From Guillardia theta CCMP2712 (Eukaryota; Protista; Cryptophyta), in NCBI RefSeq assembly GCF_000315625.1, contig NW_005434669.1:1163659-1227658 (forward strand): a DNA stretch of 64,000 bases, given 5' to 3'. The position numbers and the translations under genes are program-made. Shown piece by piece: positions 1 through 9,409 of this stretch. Position 1 is the first letter of the stretch. Each line of letters begins with the position of its first letter. Under the pieces are notes generated by a model. It saw nothing but the letters and a program-made list of their open reading frames with translations. It did not search any database and was not told the origin of the DNA.

Positions 1-305
1 GCGGACCCGCGTTGTTCGGAGATGAGATGAGGGACCTCTACGCGAGCAGCCCCGACAAGTCCTTCCATGCTGCCCCTGAGCAGGTGCAGGTGCAGGAAGA
101 GAAGCCGAAGGAAGAGGAGGCGGTGGAGGAGCCGAAGGAGCAGCAGGTGGAGCGAGAGCTGCATACGTCGCCTGCGGAAGCGGAGGAGGCTATTGCAAGT
201 GGTGAGAAGCGAAAGGCTTCGATACCAACGCCAGAGACAACCAGCAGAAAGAAACGAGTCTGCAAGCAGAGAGTTGAGGATCAGATTCCCTTCCTTCTGC
301 GTTGA
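1..305 (+). CDS. 3' end of a gene entering from outside the window (Glu/Lys-rich low-complexity C-terminus)
   Basis: Open frame to TGA at 303-305 with coding-like composition (EEKPKEEEAVEEPKEQQ, basic RKKR patch); no family recognised. Confidence 0.4.
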   Translation, partial: GPALFGDEMRDLYASSPDKSFHAAPEQVQVQEEKPKEEEAVEEPKEQQVERELHTSPAEAEEAIASGEKRKASIPTPETTSRKKRVCKQRVEDQIPFLLR

Positions 306-332
306 TGTGATTCAACTTGATACTCCATTGAT

Positions 333-2690
333 CTAATACAACCTCTTGATCAACTTCACCCTCCTCCTGCTCTCACGCGCTCCTGTCCAGCGTCTCTGCA
401 TTGGAAACAAGCTTCCCGCGAAAGACGCCTGCAGCCTTGAGGGCCTGGACGTGATCCTTCCAGTGCTCGAGGAGGAGCAGCTGTGCTCTAGAGTCACCTT
501 GACCATGAGGCGATCAGGGAGCTCGAGAGGGTCAAGAGCGTCAGCACCTTCTTCCGCCATCCTTCCCAGCTCCATGGCAGCTGCACTTCTCTCGTCCATC
601 ACCTCACTCTGCATGCTATGTCAGCCTCACGTTCGAGCTCAGGTCCTCTTGCTCTCCTCACGCATCGTCAACAGCAACTCGTTCACTCTCTCTTGTGGGT
701 ACTCCACCACTTGCTTCGAAGACTCTCTCTGCTAGCATGTCAAGAAGAACCTGAGGGCAGCAGACTTCAGGTCTACTTGCTGCTCGACTTCGATGATGGA
801 CGCAGCGTTTGAGAGCATCTCTGACATTCCTAGAAGTTGAGAATACTCCTGCATGTTCTTCACGATTCCTACAGCTGCTTGATCGACGCCCCTCGCCACG
901 AGGTTGTGGAGGCACTCAGCTGCTCTTATCCTGATAGCTCTCCTGTCCGGGTTTTCATCTTCATCCTCCCGAGGTAGTCAGGACGGAGCGGAAGGCTCAA
1001 GAAAGGCACCTTGACAACCCTCTTGCGAACTTTCTCTCTTGGGAATGCTGCAAGAACATCATCATCATGGCACCATGTGCTGCCGAATACCAAAGTCTGT
1101 CAATTTCTTCCAGTCATTCTCCTCCTCAAGGTCTTGCATGTACTGGATCGCGAGCTTGATCTCGTAATCCTGCCTCCTGCAGTCGCAGCAGCATCAGTAC
1201 ATACATCGCTCTCCAGCCATCCATCTTTCGTTGTCTCTTCACCTCTTCTCTTCACGAAGGTTAAACTCTTGCAGTGCTTGTTCTGCACTCTTCTCCTCAT
1301 TCTCATCTTGTAACGTTGCTACCTTTCCATTCTCTTCCCTCCATTGCCGAACTTCAGGTGTTTCATTCGCTCCTGTCTCCAAGTCACGTCCTATCCACCA
1401 GGGGAGGGAGCTGGACCGAGGCTGGCATTTTCAGTTCCCAGCTCGAGAACCTCGTTGATGTTGCTTTGAAAGGCTCGGACTGCCTTGTCCACTCCTACCT
1501 CAGCCAGCTCCATCAGAGACTCCGCGGCCACCTGTCCAGCCCTCTCCTTCTCAGCTCTTCTCACCCCACAACCTCCTTCGCTTCACCTTGCGAACCTCCA
1601 GCTCGGGGTCTGTCAGGGCCTTCACCAACACGTCAACGATGTCTTGGTCGTCGAAGACTTGCTCGAGAGCTGCGAACTGAGATCGAATGGCGTCAGGGCT
1701 GGACTGATGGAACGAGCTTCGCATGGCGCTGATCACAAGCCATCGCATGTGGAAGTCGCCGTAGGTCTCGGGAGCGCCTTGATGGTAGGCGCGGATGAGG
1801 AAGTTGAAGACTTGAAAGTACAAGGACTTGAAGAAGAAAAGCCGCAAGTCATCTGAAGCACAAGGGTCGGTGCAAGTATGCAAGACAGAGACAAGACAGG
1901 AGACAAGACAGGAGACAAGACAGGAGACAAGACAGGTGACAAGACAGGTGACAAGACAGGAGACAAGACAGGAGACAAGACAGGTGACAAGCATCAGCTT
2001 CTCTTCGACCTTTCTCTTCTTCTTGCTCCCTCGAAACCCTTGTAAAGACCTCGCACAGGAGCTCAGTGCCGTAGTGTCTGACCCTCATGTCATGGTCCGA
2101 CGTCGCCTTGGCCGCTGTCTCCACTGCCTGCCGGTCAAGCGCCATGGCCAGCTAGCAACATGTAAGACAGCTACGGGTTGAGGGAGAGGAGAGACCGGAG
2201 ACATGGCGTCGAGAGCAGCATACCTCACTTTTTCGTTGTCATCGCTTGCTAGAGCTTTCACCATGTCGCACTCTTCTTGGATGTAACTCTCCTCTTTCAA
2301 ATCTCCTTGTGACTTGAGCCGAATCGCCTCCTCTGCTCGCTCAAGCACGAAGACGCTCTTCAGCACCACTGCAACGCTCGCTCGAACGTAGTGCTCCCCG
2401 TGACCCGCTAGCTCTTTGAGCCGACCGAGAACAATCTCCGAGCCCTGGCCTCCTTCCCCATCCCCTTCCTTCTTCTTCACCAGCAACCTGCCCACTCCTT
2501 CCTCCACAGCCGTCCTCACGTATCGCTCCAATGGCAGCGTCAGCAAGCCCAGCAGCTCCTGCATGAAGTCACATGCCTCTCCCTGGCCTTCGCTCTCTCA
2601 CCTCCTCTGCCTCTTTGTCTCCGTCCTGCGCTGCCCTCGCTCTGTCCTCTACTTGCCTTCTCCTGATGATCCGTTGCACCCCCTCCTCCA
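333..2690 (-). CDS. Multi-exon gene (possibly two genes) encoding a HEAT/ARM-repeat-like helical protein
   Basis: Minus-strand ORF pieces carry HEAT-like motifs (LAGHGEHYVRASVA, LASDDNEKVR, TSDHDMRVR, LVKALTDPELEVRK) separated by GT-AG introns (e.g. ~1853-2009). Ends are uncertain. Confidence 0.4.
1890..1991. repeat. 12-bp minisatellite (GACAAGACAGGA/GACAAGACAGGT) x ~8, intronic
   Basis: Directly visible tandem array with no spacers, inside a predicted minus-strand intron. Confidence 0.9.
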
Positions 2691-2730
2691 TTTCCTCCGC
2701 TCAACGGCCTGGCCCTAATACCCCGTTGGC

Positions 2731-4775
2731 ATGCTGCCCAAGCTCAAGGCCGGGAAAGCGGGCGGGGGGAGGGGCGGGGCGGGGACTTCAGGAGAAGCAG
2801 CAAGGCAGGTGCACGCTTCGAGCTCGATCGACGTTGCAGCTGGTGATCGGAGCGAAGACACACGGGGCAGCAAGAAGTTTGTGGTGAAGACGATGAGGTA
2901 CGAGGACATGCGGGCGTTCATGCTGCAGGCAGAAAGAGAGGTGGAGGAGACGCGAAGGGCTCTTGAAAGCAGCAAGAGGTGCATCGATGAAGCTGAAAAC
3001 GCCTTGCAGCAATCCGTCCGACAATCTGCCATGTGGTTCGTCGAGAAGATGCAACAGAGCAGCAAGCCAAGTAAGCAAAACAAGAAGAAATGGGTGGCTG
3101 TGCAAGCGGCGTCCTTCGTCTTGTCTCTCTTCTTCGAGATCAAGCGCAGGGCCGAGGAGACAACAGATGGAGTCGGGGAGGAGTCGTCGACCCCCGACAT
3201 GCAGGAGGAAGCAACAGACATAGTTCGAGAATTGCTGCTGAGCGTGCAAGAAGACAAGTCGCTCGATGAGTTTCTGCTGATGCTCGCAAAGGTGATGAGC
3301 GGTTGATGGAGGTCTTGCTTGCTCACTGTGTCTTGTGCTAGACCAGAGCGGCGGCTGAGACTGAGTGGATGGTCTTGAAGGAGAGGATACGGAAAGGTCC
3401 TTTCCTTGATAGCCTCAACAGGCTGTGGAACACCATCGACGAGTTTGAGTTTGGATACCCTCACCGGATCGAGGTGAACAAGAAGCACGTACAGGAGCTG
3501 AAGGAGTTGGTTGCCCGGTACAAGAACGAGCTCCGTGGTTCTGTCGAGAGTGTAAATCACACTCTGAGGATGGTTTTACACTCGGTGAAGATGAATGGTA
3601 TTGCAGTCTCGGGGAATATCGCCTTGCCATCGCCAGAGCATCTTTTTCAGGCAGAGTTGTTGATCTTTGATGAAGCCAAGGCAGGAAAGTGGAGCAAGAC
3701 AGCAAACGAAGATGTGCAGAACTTCAAGAAGTACTTCAACAGAGCCCTGACGAGGCTTCACGAGCTTGTCATCAACGCAGACCATGAGATGTCATACCGC
3801 ACAAGAACAAACTTGAAGAAGAGGCTCGAGAACATAGAGAAAGAGAATCAGAGTTTGACAGAAGAGATCGTTCAATACAAGCAAGAAATCAAAGCTACCT
3901 ATGAAAGTCAAGGAGCTGCTCTCGAGCCCCACGAGAGCTCTCACAGAAAACGGATGGACGAAGTTTCTCAGGAGAGGGAGAGGCAACAGCAGCAGCTGGA
4001 TCAGGTGCTCGCTAGCAAGCGGCTTGAACTCGAATCCAAAAGGACGCGGCTGGATCAAATGAAAGAAACGCTGGCTGGCAAGAAAGCAGACTTGCGAACG
4101 ATGAAGAAGCGTTCCAAGGAGACGAGTAAAGACCTGGACGAGGTCATAGCCGCTGCTTACGAGCGAGACGAGACTCTCGTCAAATGCCTTTCAATCATTA
4201 CGAGCCAAGAATCACTCGAGGACATCAAAGCGTCTATGCCATCCAAACAAAACATCAAGAATGAAATCTTCAAGTCTGTTGAGCTTCTTGACAGTGAAGT
4301 CTCTTCCCGTGAAGCAGAGTTGAAGGATGCTTCGCAGCTGATGTACGAACAGAAGATGTGCTGTCTTAGAGTCTTCAACGACGTTTCACACCAGCCACAA
4401 GAAGCCGTCCGACAGGAGATAGAGCGTCAGCAACAGAACAAACTTGACATGGATGAGATCGGAAAGCTCATTGATGACTACATGCACCACACAGACTTCT
4501 ACAGTTTGGATTCCTCAAAGCTCAACGCCTTCGTTCACCTGCACTTACCATTCGCAGCGTCTGAGGCCTGGAGAGACTTTCTGATGGCCAGGTATGATGA
4601 GATTTTCAACGACATGCAGGGCAAGGAATTGTACGTGTCTCATGATGACGAGGTGAAGGTCTTGATAGCCTCTCTTACTGACTACGGGTACTCGACGGAA
4701 GAAACGGCACAGATGTCGTATCAAGACTTGCAGAAATTATTACAAGAGGAGCAGAGAATATCGAGAATGGAATGA
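2731..4775 (+). CDS. Long coiled-coil protein, 2 exons (intron 3292-3341)
   Basis: A 50-nt GT-AG intron joins ORF 2731-3291 in frame to the 468-aa ORF (LAK|TRAAAETEWMVLK); heptad-rich E/K/Q/L composition. Start may be a later ATG. Confidence 0.7.
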
Positions 4776-5440
4776 TCTCAGTTAACTCTAGCATCATCAT
4801 GGAATCATCAAACATGTCTTGAAGCCTTGTTCACGCAACTTGGCAACCGTTGTGAGTTGCCTGGCATCTGAGCTCAGAGCCAAGTTGCTGCCAAGTACGG
4901 TTATGAGTACTAGTGACTACCGTACTAACAGTTGAAGTTACCGTCTATCACCTTTGGGCCTCGACTCGGATGCCGGCCGGGCCCGGGCGCCCGCTGCCAT
5001 AGTACGGCGAGTCCCGATCTTTTCCGATCACTCCCAGGCATTCTGTACCATTAAACTGTGATGACTAAAAGTTATATAATGATTGTTCCCGTTTTGACCT
5101 CTTGAGGTGATGTGGGGGAATGACTGCAGCAGGGGTGGTATGGTAAACACTCAAAAGGGGGGTAGGGGGACCCAAACAGAATCTCAGCCCCCTGCACGAG
5201 TAACCAGTACCCCAAGATTTCCGGGAAAAAGAAGGGGTAGTGACATAGGGTATCGTGTGAGCTGACCCGATATGTTCGATTTCCAGTTGCCAGTTTGAGG
5301 AGAGAAGGAGAGAGAAGGAGAGAGAAGGGAGATAAGGGAGATAAGGAGCAAGACAAAGATACATGGGGAAATACCCTTCATTTCTTTCTTTTTCAGGCCT
5401 CCTCTCCCCCTTACTTGTATGATTCTTTCCCTCAACTAAA

Positions 5441-8400
5441 ATGATTACTAGAATGGTTACTAGAATGTTTCCTTCCCTCAACAACAAAACCGTTTTCGCA
5501 CATCTTGTGTTGGCGCTGTTGGGCTTCGTACACGTTCAAGGAGATCGATGTACCGACGTCCCAACGTCCAGATGCTGCCCGGATGGCATCAAACATCTCG
5601 AGAGCAAGAACACGACCATCCCCATGCATCCTGTCGACAGAGAGGCTCTGGTGAACTTCCGACGCGCCATTGGGAAGCATGACGGGCTGCTCAACAACTG
5701 GTATATTGACGATCCGAGCTCGCATCCGTGTGACTGGTCAGGAGTGATCTGTGACTGCTGTGCGCTGTATCCAGCGGATGGGTTGGACTTCTGCGACGGC
5801 ATCGACACCACCTACCAGCATGTCTACCACCTTGACTTCGGCCCTTCCAAGCCTTCGAACAAACGCCTCAATGGCTATCTGTCGCCCTATCTTGGGAATC
5901 TGACGGAGCTGAGGCTGGCGTATCTTCATGTGAATGAGTTCTCTGGAGAGATTCCCCGAGAGATGGCGAGGCTGCAGAAGCTGCAGAGGCTGGTGCTTCG
6001 TGACAACCAGCTGACGGGTCCTCTGCCGGCCGAGCTGGGCTCCATGCTCGCGCTGAAAGATCTCAACGTCGAGGTGAACAAGTTTGAAGGAGCGATACCG
6101 CTGGAATGGTGCAACCTGATAAAGTCTGTCAATAGCAAAAAGTTGCTGGACGTCAACATTGTTACACCAGCCAACAACCCAAGTCTCTGCGGCCCTGTGC
6201 CCGAGTGTCTTGTGAAGCAGGGAAAGCTGCGTACTGCCAACGTGGTAGGAACGTTTCTACAGGTCGACGACTCGGTGGACAACCCCGGGAGGGTACAGGG
6301 AGTGTGCGACCTGACCCCGGCAGTGTGCAGGGCGGAGGAGGGGTGCGGCATCAGGTCGGAGACGGTGATCGCGTCGCTGCAGGAGTTCTCGTTCGAGTTC
6401 CCGGAGTTCTCGGACCCGGACAGCGGGATGCGGTCCTACTACTGGGGGATAGACATGTGCGACGACGAGACCTCCTGCCACGATCGAGACGACGCCATGG
6501 CCTTCACTGCCTTGACGGCCATCTCGTACAAGACCTCGGACGGGCTGACCATGTACCGGCAGAAGTACAAGGCCAACGGGCTCGCGCTGATCAACGGAGG
6601 GTGGTACAAGATCTTGCTGAAGGGATACAACGGGGCTGGGCCTCCTCTGTCGACGACGATATCGTCCAGGCCGTTCCTGGTGGACTCGACGCCTCCGCTG
6701 CCGTCTACTATCTATGACTCGCAGTTCTGCAAGGAGCCGATTTTGGTTCAAGACAACGCAGTGCTGGAGGCGTGCTGGTCAGACTTCGTGGAGGCTGAGT
6801 CAAGCGTAGTGCGGTATGAGTATCGCGTGCACAAGCGCAGGAGAGACGGAGAGAGCTCCGAGGCCGTGGGCGAATGGAAGAGCGTCAACAAGACGGCGTA
6901 CACAGCAAGGACCGGTCGTTATGCCGTGTCTGAGAGCGGGTACAGGCTAGAGGACGGGTGGGTCTACTTCTATGAGGTGAGAGCGACCAACGCAGCCGGG
7001 CTCAAGTCGAGCAGCTCGAGTCGAGGGGTGCTGTACTCGCCGACCAACCAACGGCTTCTGCTGGCGATCATCCTGTCCGTGATCATTCCTGTGGTGTTGC
7101 TGGGCTGCCTGGGGGGATGGGCGTACAAGCGGATGGAGCACCACTACCAGCACGTGGAGCAGCAGGAGAGGAGGAGGAAGCATCAGATGGACAGCATGAA
7201 GGAGATCTACGACGTGCTTGTTATGAAGCCTTCGCCCTTGGTCGGGAAGCCTTGCCCGTCGTCTTTAGACGCGAGTCACGATCTGAAAATGCATCATAGT
7301 GAAAGAGTGCGTGGAGAGTGTGACATGATGGATCAGCGAGCAGAGGCTGTCTTCACAGCTGAGAACGTAACCTTCGTCATCACCGACATGGAGTCCAGCA
7401 CGCTTCTAGCTGAGACCAACCCCGCCCTCTTCCGGGAGATCCTCGAGATCCACGACGCGCTTGTGCGGCAGCTGGTGGACGAGTACTCGGGGTACGAGGT
7501 CATGTCGCAGGGCGACTCCTTCGAGCTCGCCTTCGTCGAGCCGTCTCTCGCCGTCTGCTTCTGCAACGCCCTGCAGACGCGGCTGATGAAGCACGAGTGG
7601 GACAAGCGGGTGCTGGGCCTGTCGGGGTGCGAGGAGATGTACGACGAGCACGAGAGGCTGGTGTACCGGGGGCCGCGAGTGAGGGTGGGAGCGCACCTGG
7701 CGAGGAAGGGAAGGGACTTCACGGTGAGGATCCACGACATCACGCGGGACATGGTGTTCGAGGGGGAGGGGTACAAGATCGCTCAGGCGATAGGGAACGG
7801 GGCGCAAGGGGGTCAGACGCTGATCTCGCAGGAGCTGTTCGAGGCCATCTCCTTCTGCTCCGGACTGTACAAGGCAGGCAACCCGATCCTGCACGAGCTG
7901 GGGGTGTACCAGGTGGGAGGAGACAGCAGCAGCGTCAAGGGGACTCAGGTCAAGCTCTACCAGCTGTCTGGACCAGTGTGGAAGCTGCCGACGGAGCCTG
8001 TGCGAGGGTTTAGCGGGAGCCTGCGAGGGCTTCACCAGGTGACGGAGGGGCGGCAGCTGCGCGTGCACCCGCTCGAGCAGTCCTTGTCGCTGGCGAGGAT
8101 GAACACGACGTGCGTGTGTCTGGGGGTGGTGGGGGTGCCGGGGAGCAGGCGGGCTCTTGCTGAGGCGTGGATGAGAGAGACGGCGACGCTGGTGGCGCAG
8201 AGCTTCCGGGGGCACGTGATGGAAGGAGAGGGGGAGGAGGAGACGTTTGTGGTGTTTCCCAACCCCAAGTACGCGACTCACTTCGCCATGACCGCGCAGG
8301 TCGTCCTGCTGCACTCGACGCTGCCGTTCGAGGGGCTGCCGGACCTGTACAAGGAGGAGCACGGCATCGACGGGCAGCTGCTGTACGCGGGGCCGCGGGT

Positions 8401-9409
8401 GGGGATGGGGATGGTGACGTTGGAGGGGATGCTTCGGGAGTCAGAGGCAGCGCTGACGGAGGACCTGGAGGGTCTGATGGCGGGGGCGAGCAGGACGAGG
8501 CGACTGGCGCATGGGGGGCAGGTGGTGCTGGACGAGAAGAGCTGGAAGTACATGAGGAACATGATGCCGAGCCGCTGCGTGGGCATCGACCTGGGGGCTC
8601 ACTGGCTGGGGGGCGGGGCCTCGGGGAGCGGAGAGGTGCAGAAGCTGTACGAGATGAGCCCGAGCGTGCTGGCAGGACGATGGTTCCCGTCGATCGAGTC
8701 AGAGAGGATGGTGAGCAGGGGGTACCGGGAGTCGCCGGACCCGAAGCAGGGGATCGCGGTGATGTTCCTACGGCTCAAGGAGGCGGCGAGCGCGGGGCCG
8801 GAGGCGGAGGAGAGCTGGAGGGAGGGGCAGGAGAAGATCGGGCAGATCCTGCGACAGGCGCTGGAGGAGTACGGCGGGTACGAGTGCAAGGAGGCAGAGG
8901 CGGGGAAGTTCACGCTGGTGTTCGACGACCTGGGGATGGCCATGGCCTTCGGGCTGACGGTGCAGAAGGAGTGGGAGGCGCTGTGGGAGCCTTGGGGGAA
9001 GAGGAGGGAGGGAGAGGACGAGGGGCGGGGGAAGGAGGAGGAGCAGGGCAGGAAGTCGTCGCTGCAGGTGGGGCTGGCGTACGGGACGGAAGCGTTCAGG
9101 AAGCCGCTGGTGAGCGGGAGAGCAGACTACTTCGGGGCTCTGCCCAACCTGGCGGCGAGGATCATGTCGCAGGCGGAGGGAGGGCAGCTCCTGCTGGAGT
9201 ACGAGGGGGCGATAGCGTGGATGCGGAAGGAGGGGAGGGAGCTGCCGGGGGTGGGGAGGAACGCGGTGGTGGAGGTGGACTTGAAGGGGGAGGGAGGAGG
9301 GAGGCGGAGGGTGGAGCTGAGCGTGGCGGGGGTGTACCAGCTGAAGGGGGTAGAGCGGGAGAGGGTCTTGGCAGAGCCGGTGCTGAGGCCACTGGAATGG
9401 GGACGGTGA
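5441..9409 (+). CDS. Single-pass receptor nucleotide cyclase, copy A: signal peptide + LRRNT/plant-type LRRs + 2 FN3-like + TM + 3 class III cyclase domains; intronless
   Basis: 1322-aa ORF. LRRNT cap (DREALVNF..NW..PCDWSGVIC); LxxLxLxxNxLxGxIP repeats; FN3-like units (DPDSG..Y, VRATNAAGL); TM LLLAIILSVIIPVVLLGCLGGWAY (~7055-7126); cyclase motifs VTFVITDMESST, GYEV..GDSF, DYFG..PNLAAR, AxGGQ (x3). True start may be ATG 5465. Confidence 0.9.
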   Translation: MITRMVTRMFPSLNNKTVFAHLVLALLGFVHVQGDRCTDVPTSRCCPDGIKHLESKNTTIPMHPVDREALVNFRRAIGKHDGLLNNWYIDDPSSHPCDWSGVICDCCALYPADGLDFCDGIDTTYQHVYHLDFGPSKPSNKRLNGYLSPYLGNLTELRLAYLHVNEFSGEIPREMARLQKLQRLVLRDNQLTGPLPAELGSMLALKDLNVEVNKFEGAIPLEWCNLIKSVNSKKLLDVNIVTPANNPSLCGPVPECLVKQGKLRTANVVGTFLQVDDSVDNPGRVQGVCDLTPAVCRAEEGCGIRSETVIASLQEFSFEFPEFSDPDSGMRSYYWGIDMCDDETSCHDRDDAMAFTALTAISYKTSDGLTMYRQKYKANGLALINGGWYKILLKGYNGAGPPLSTTISSRPFLVDSTPPLPSTIYDSQFCKEPILVQDNAVLEACWSDFVEAESSVVRYEYRVHKRRRDGESSEAVGEWKSVNKTAYTARTGRYAVSESGYRLEDGWVYFYEVRATNAAGLKSSSSSRGVLYSPTNQRLLLAIILSVIIPVVLLGCLGGWAYKRMEHHYQHVEQQERRRKHQMDSMKEIYDVLVMKPSPLVGKPCPSSLDASHDLKMHHSERVRGECDMMDQRAEAVFTAENVTFVITDMESSTLLAETNPALFREILEIHDALVRQLVDEYSGYEVMSQGDSFELAFVEPSLAVCFCNALQTRLMKHEWDKRVLGLSGCEEMYDEHERLVYRGPRVRVGAHLARKGRDFTVRIHDITRDMVFEGEGYKIAQAIGNGAQGGQTLISQELFEAISFCSGLYKAGNPILHELGVYQVGGDSSSVKGTQVKLYQLSGPVWKLPTEPVRGFSGSLRGLHQVTEGRQLRVHPLEQSLSLARMNTTCVCLGVVGVPGSRRALAEAWMRETATLVAQSFRGHVMEGEGEEETFVVFPNPKYATHFAMTAQVVLLHSTLPFEGLPDLYKEEHGIDGQLLYAGPRVGMGMVTLEGMLRESEAALTEDLEGLMAGASRTRRLAHGGQVVLDEKSWKYMRNMMPSRCVGIDLGAHWLGGGASGSGEVQKLYEMSPSVLAGRWFPSIESERMVSRGYRESPDPKQGIAVMFLRLKEAASAGPEAEESWREGQEKIGQILRQALEEYGGYECKEAEAGKFTLVFDDLGMAMAFGLTVQKEWEALWEPWGKRREGEDEGRGKEEEQGRKSSLQVGLAYGTEAFRKPLVSGRADYFGALPNLAARIMSQAEGGQLLLEYEGAIAWMRKEGRELPGVGRNAVVEVDLKGEGGGRRRVELSVAGVYQLKGVERERVLAEPVLRPLEWGR

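Noticed and set aside
1890-1991. Regular repeat that might suggest a CRISPR array or coding repeat
   Set aside because: No spacers, eukaryotic context, and it lies in a predicted intron.
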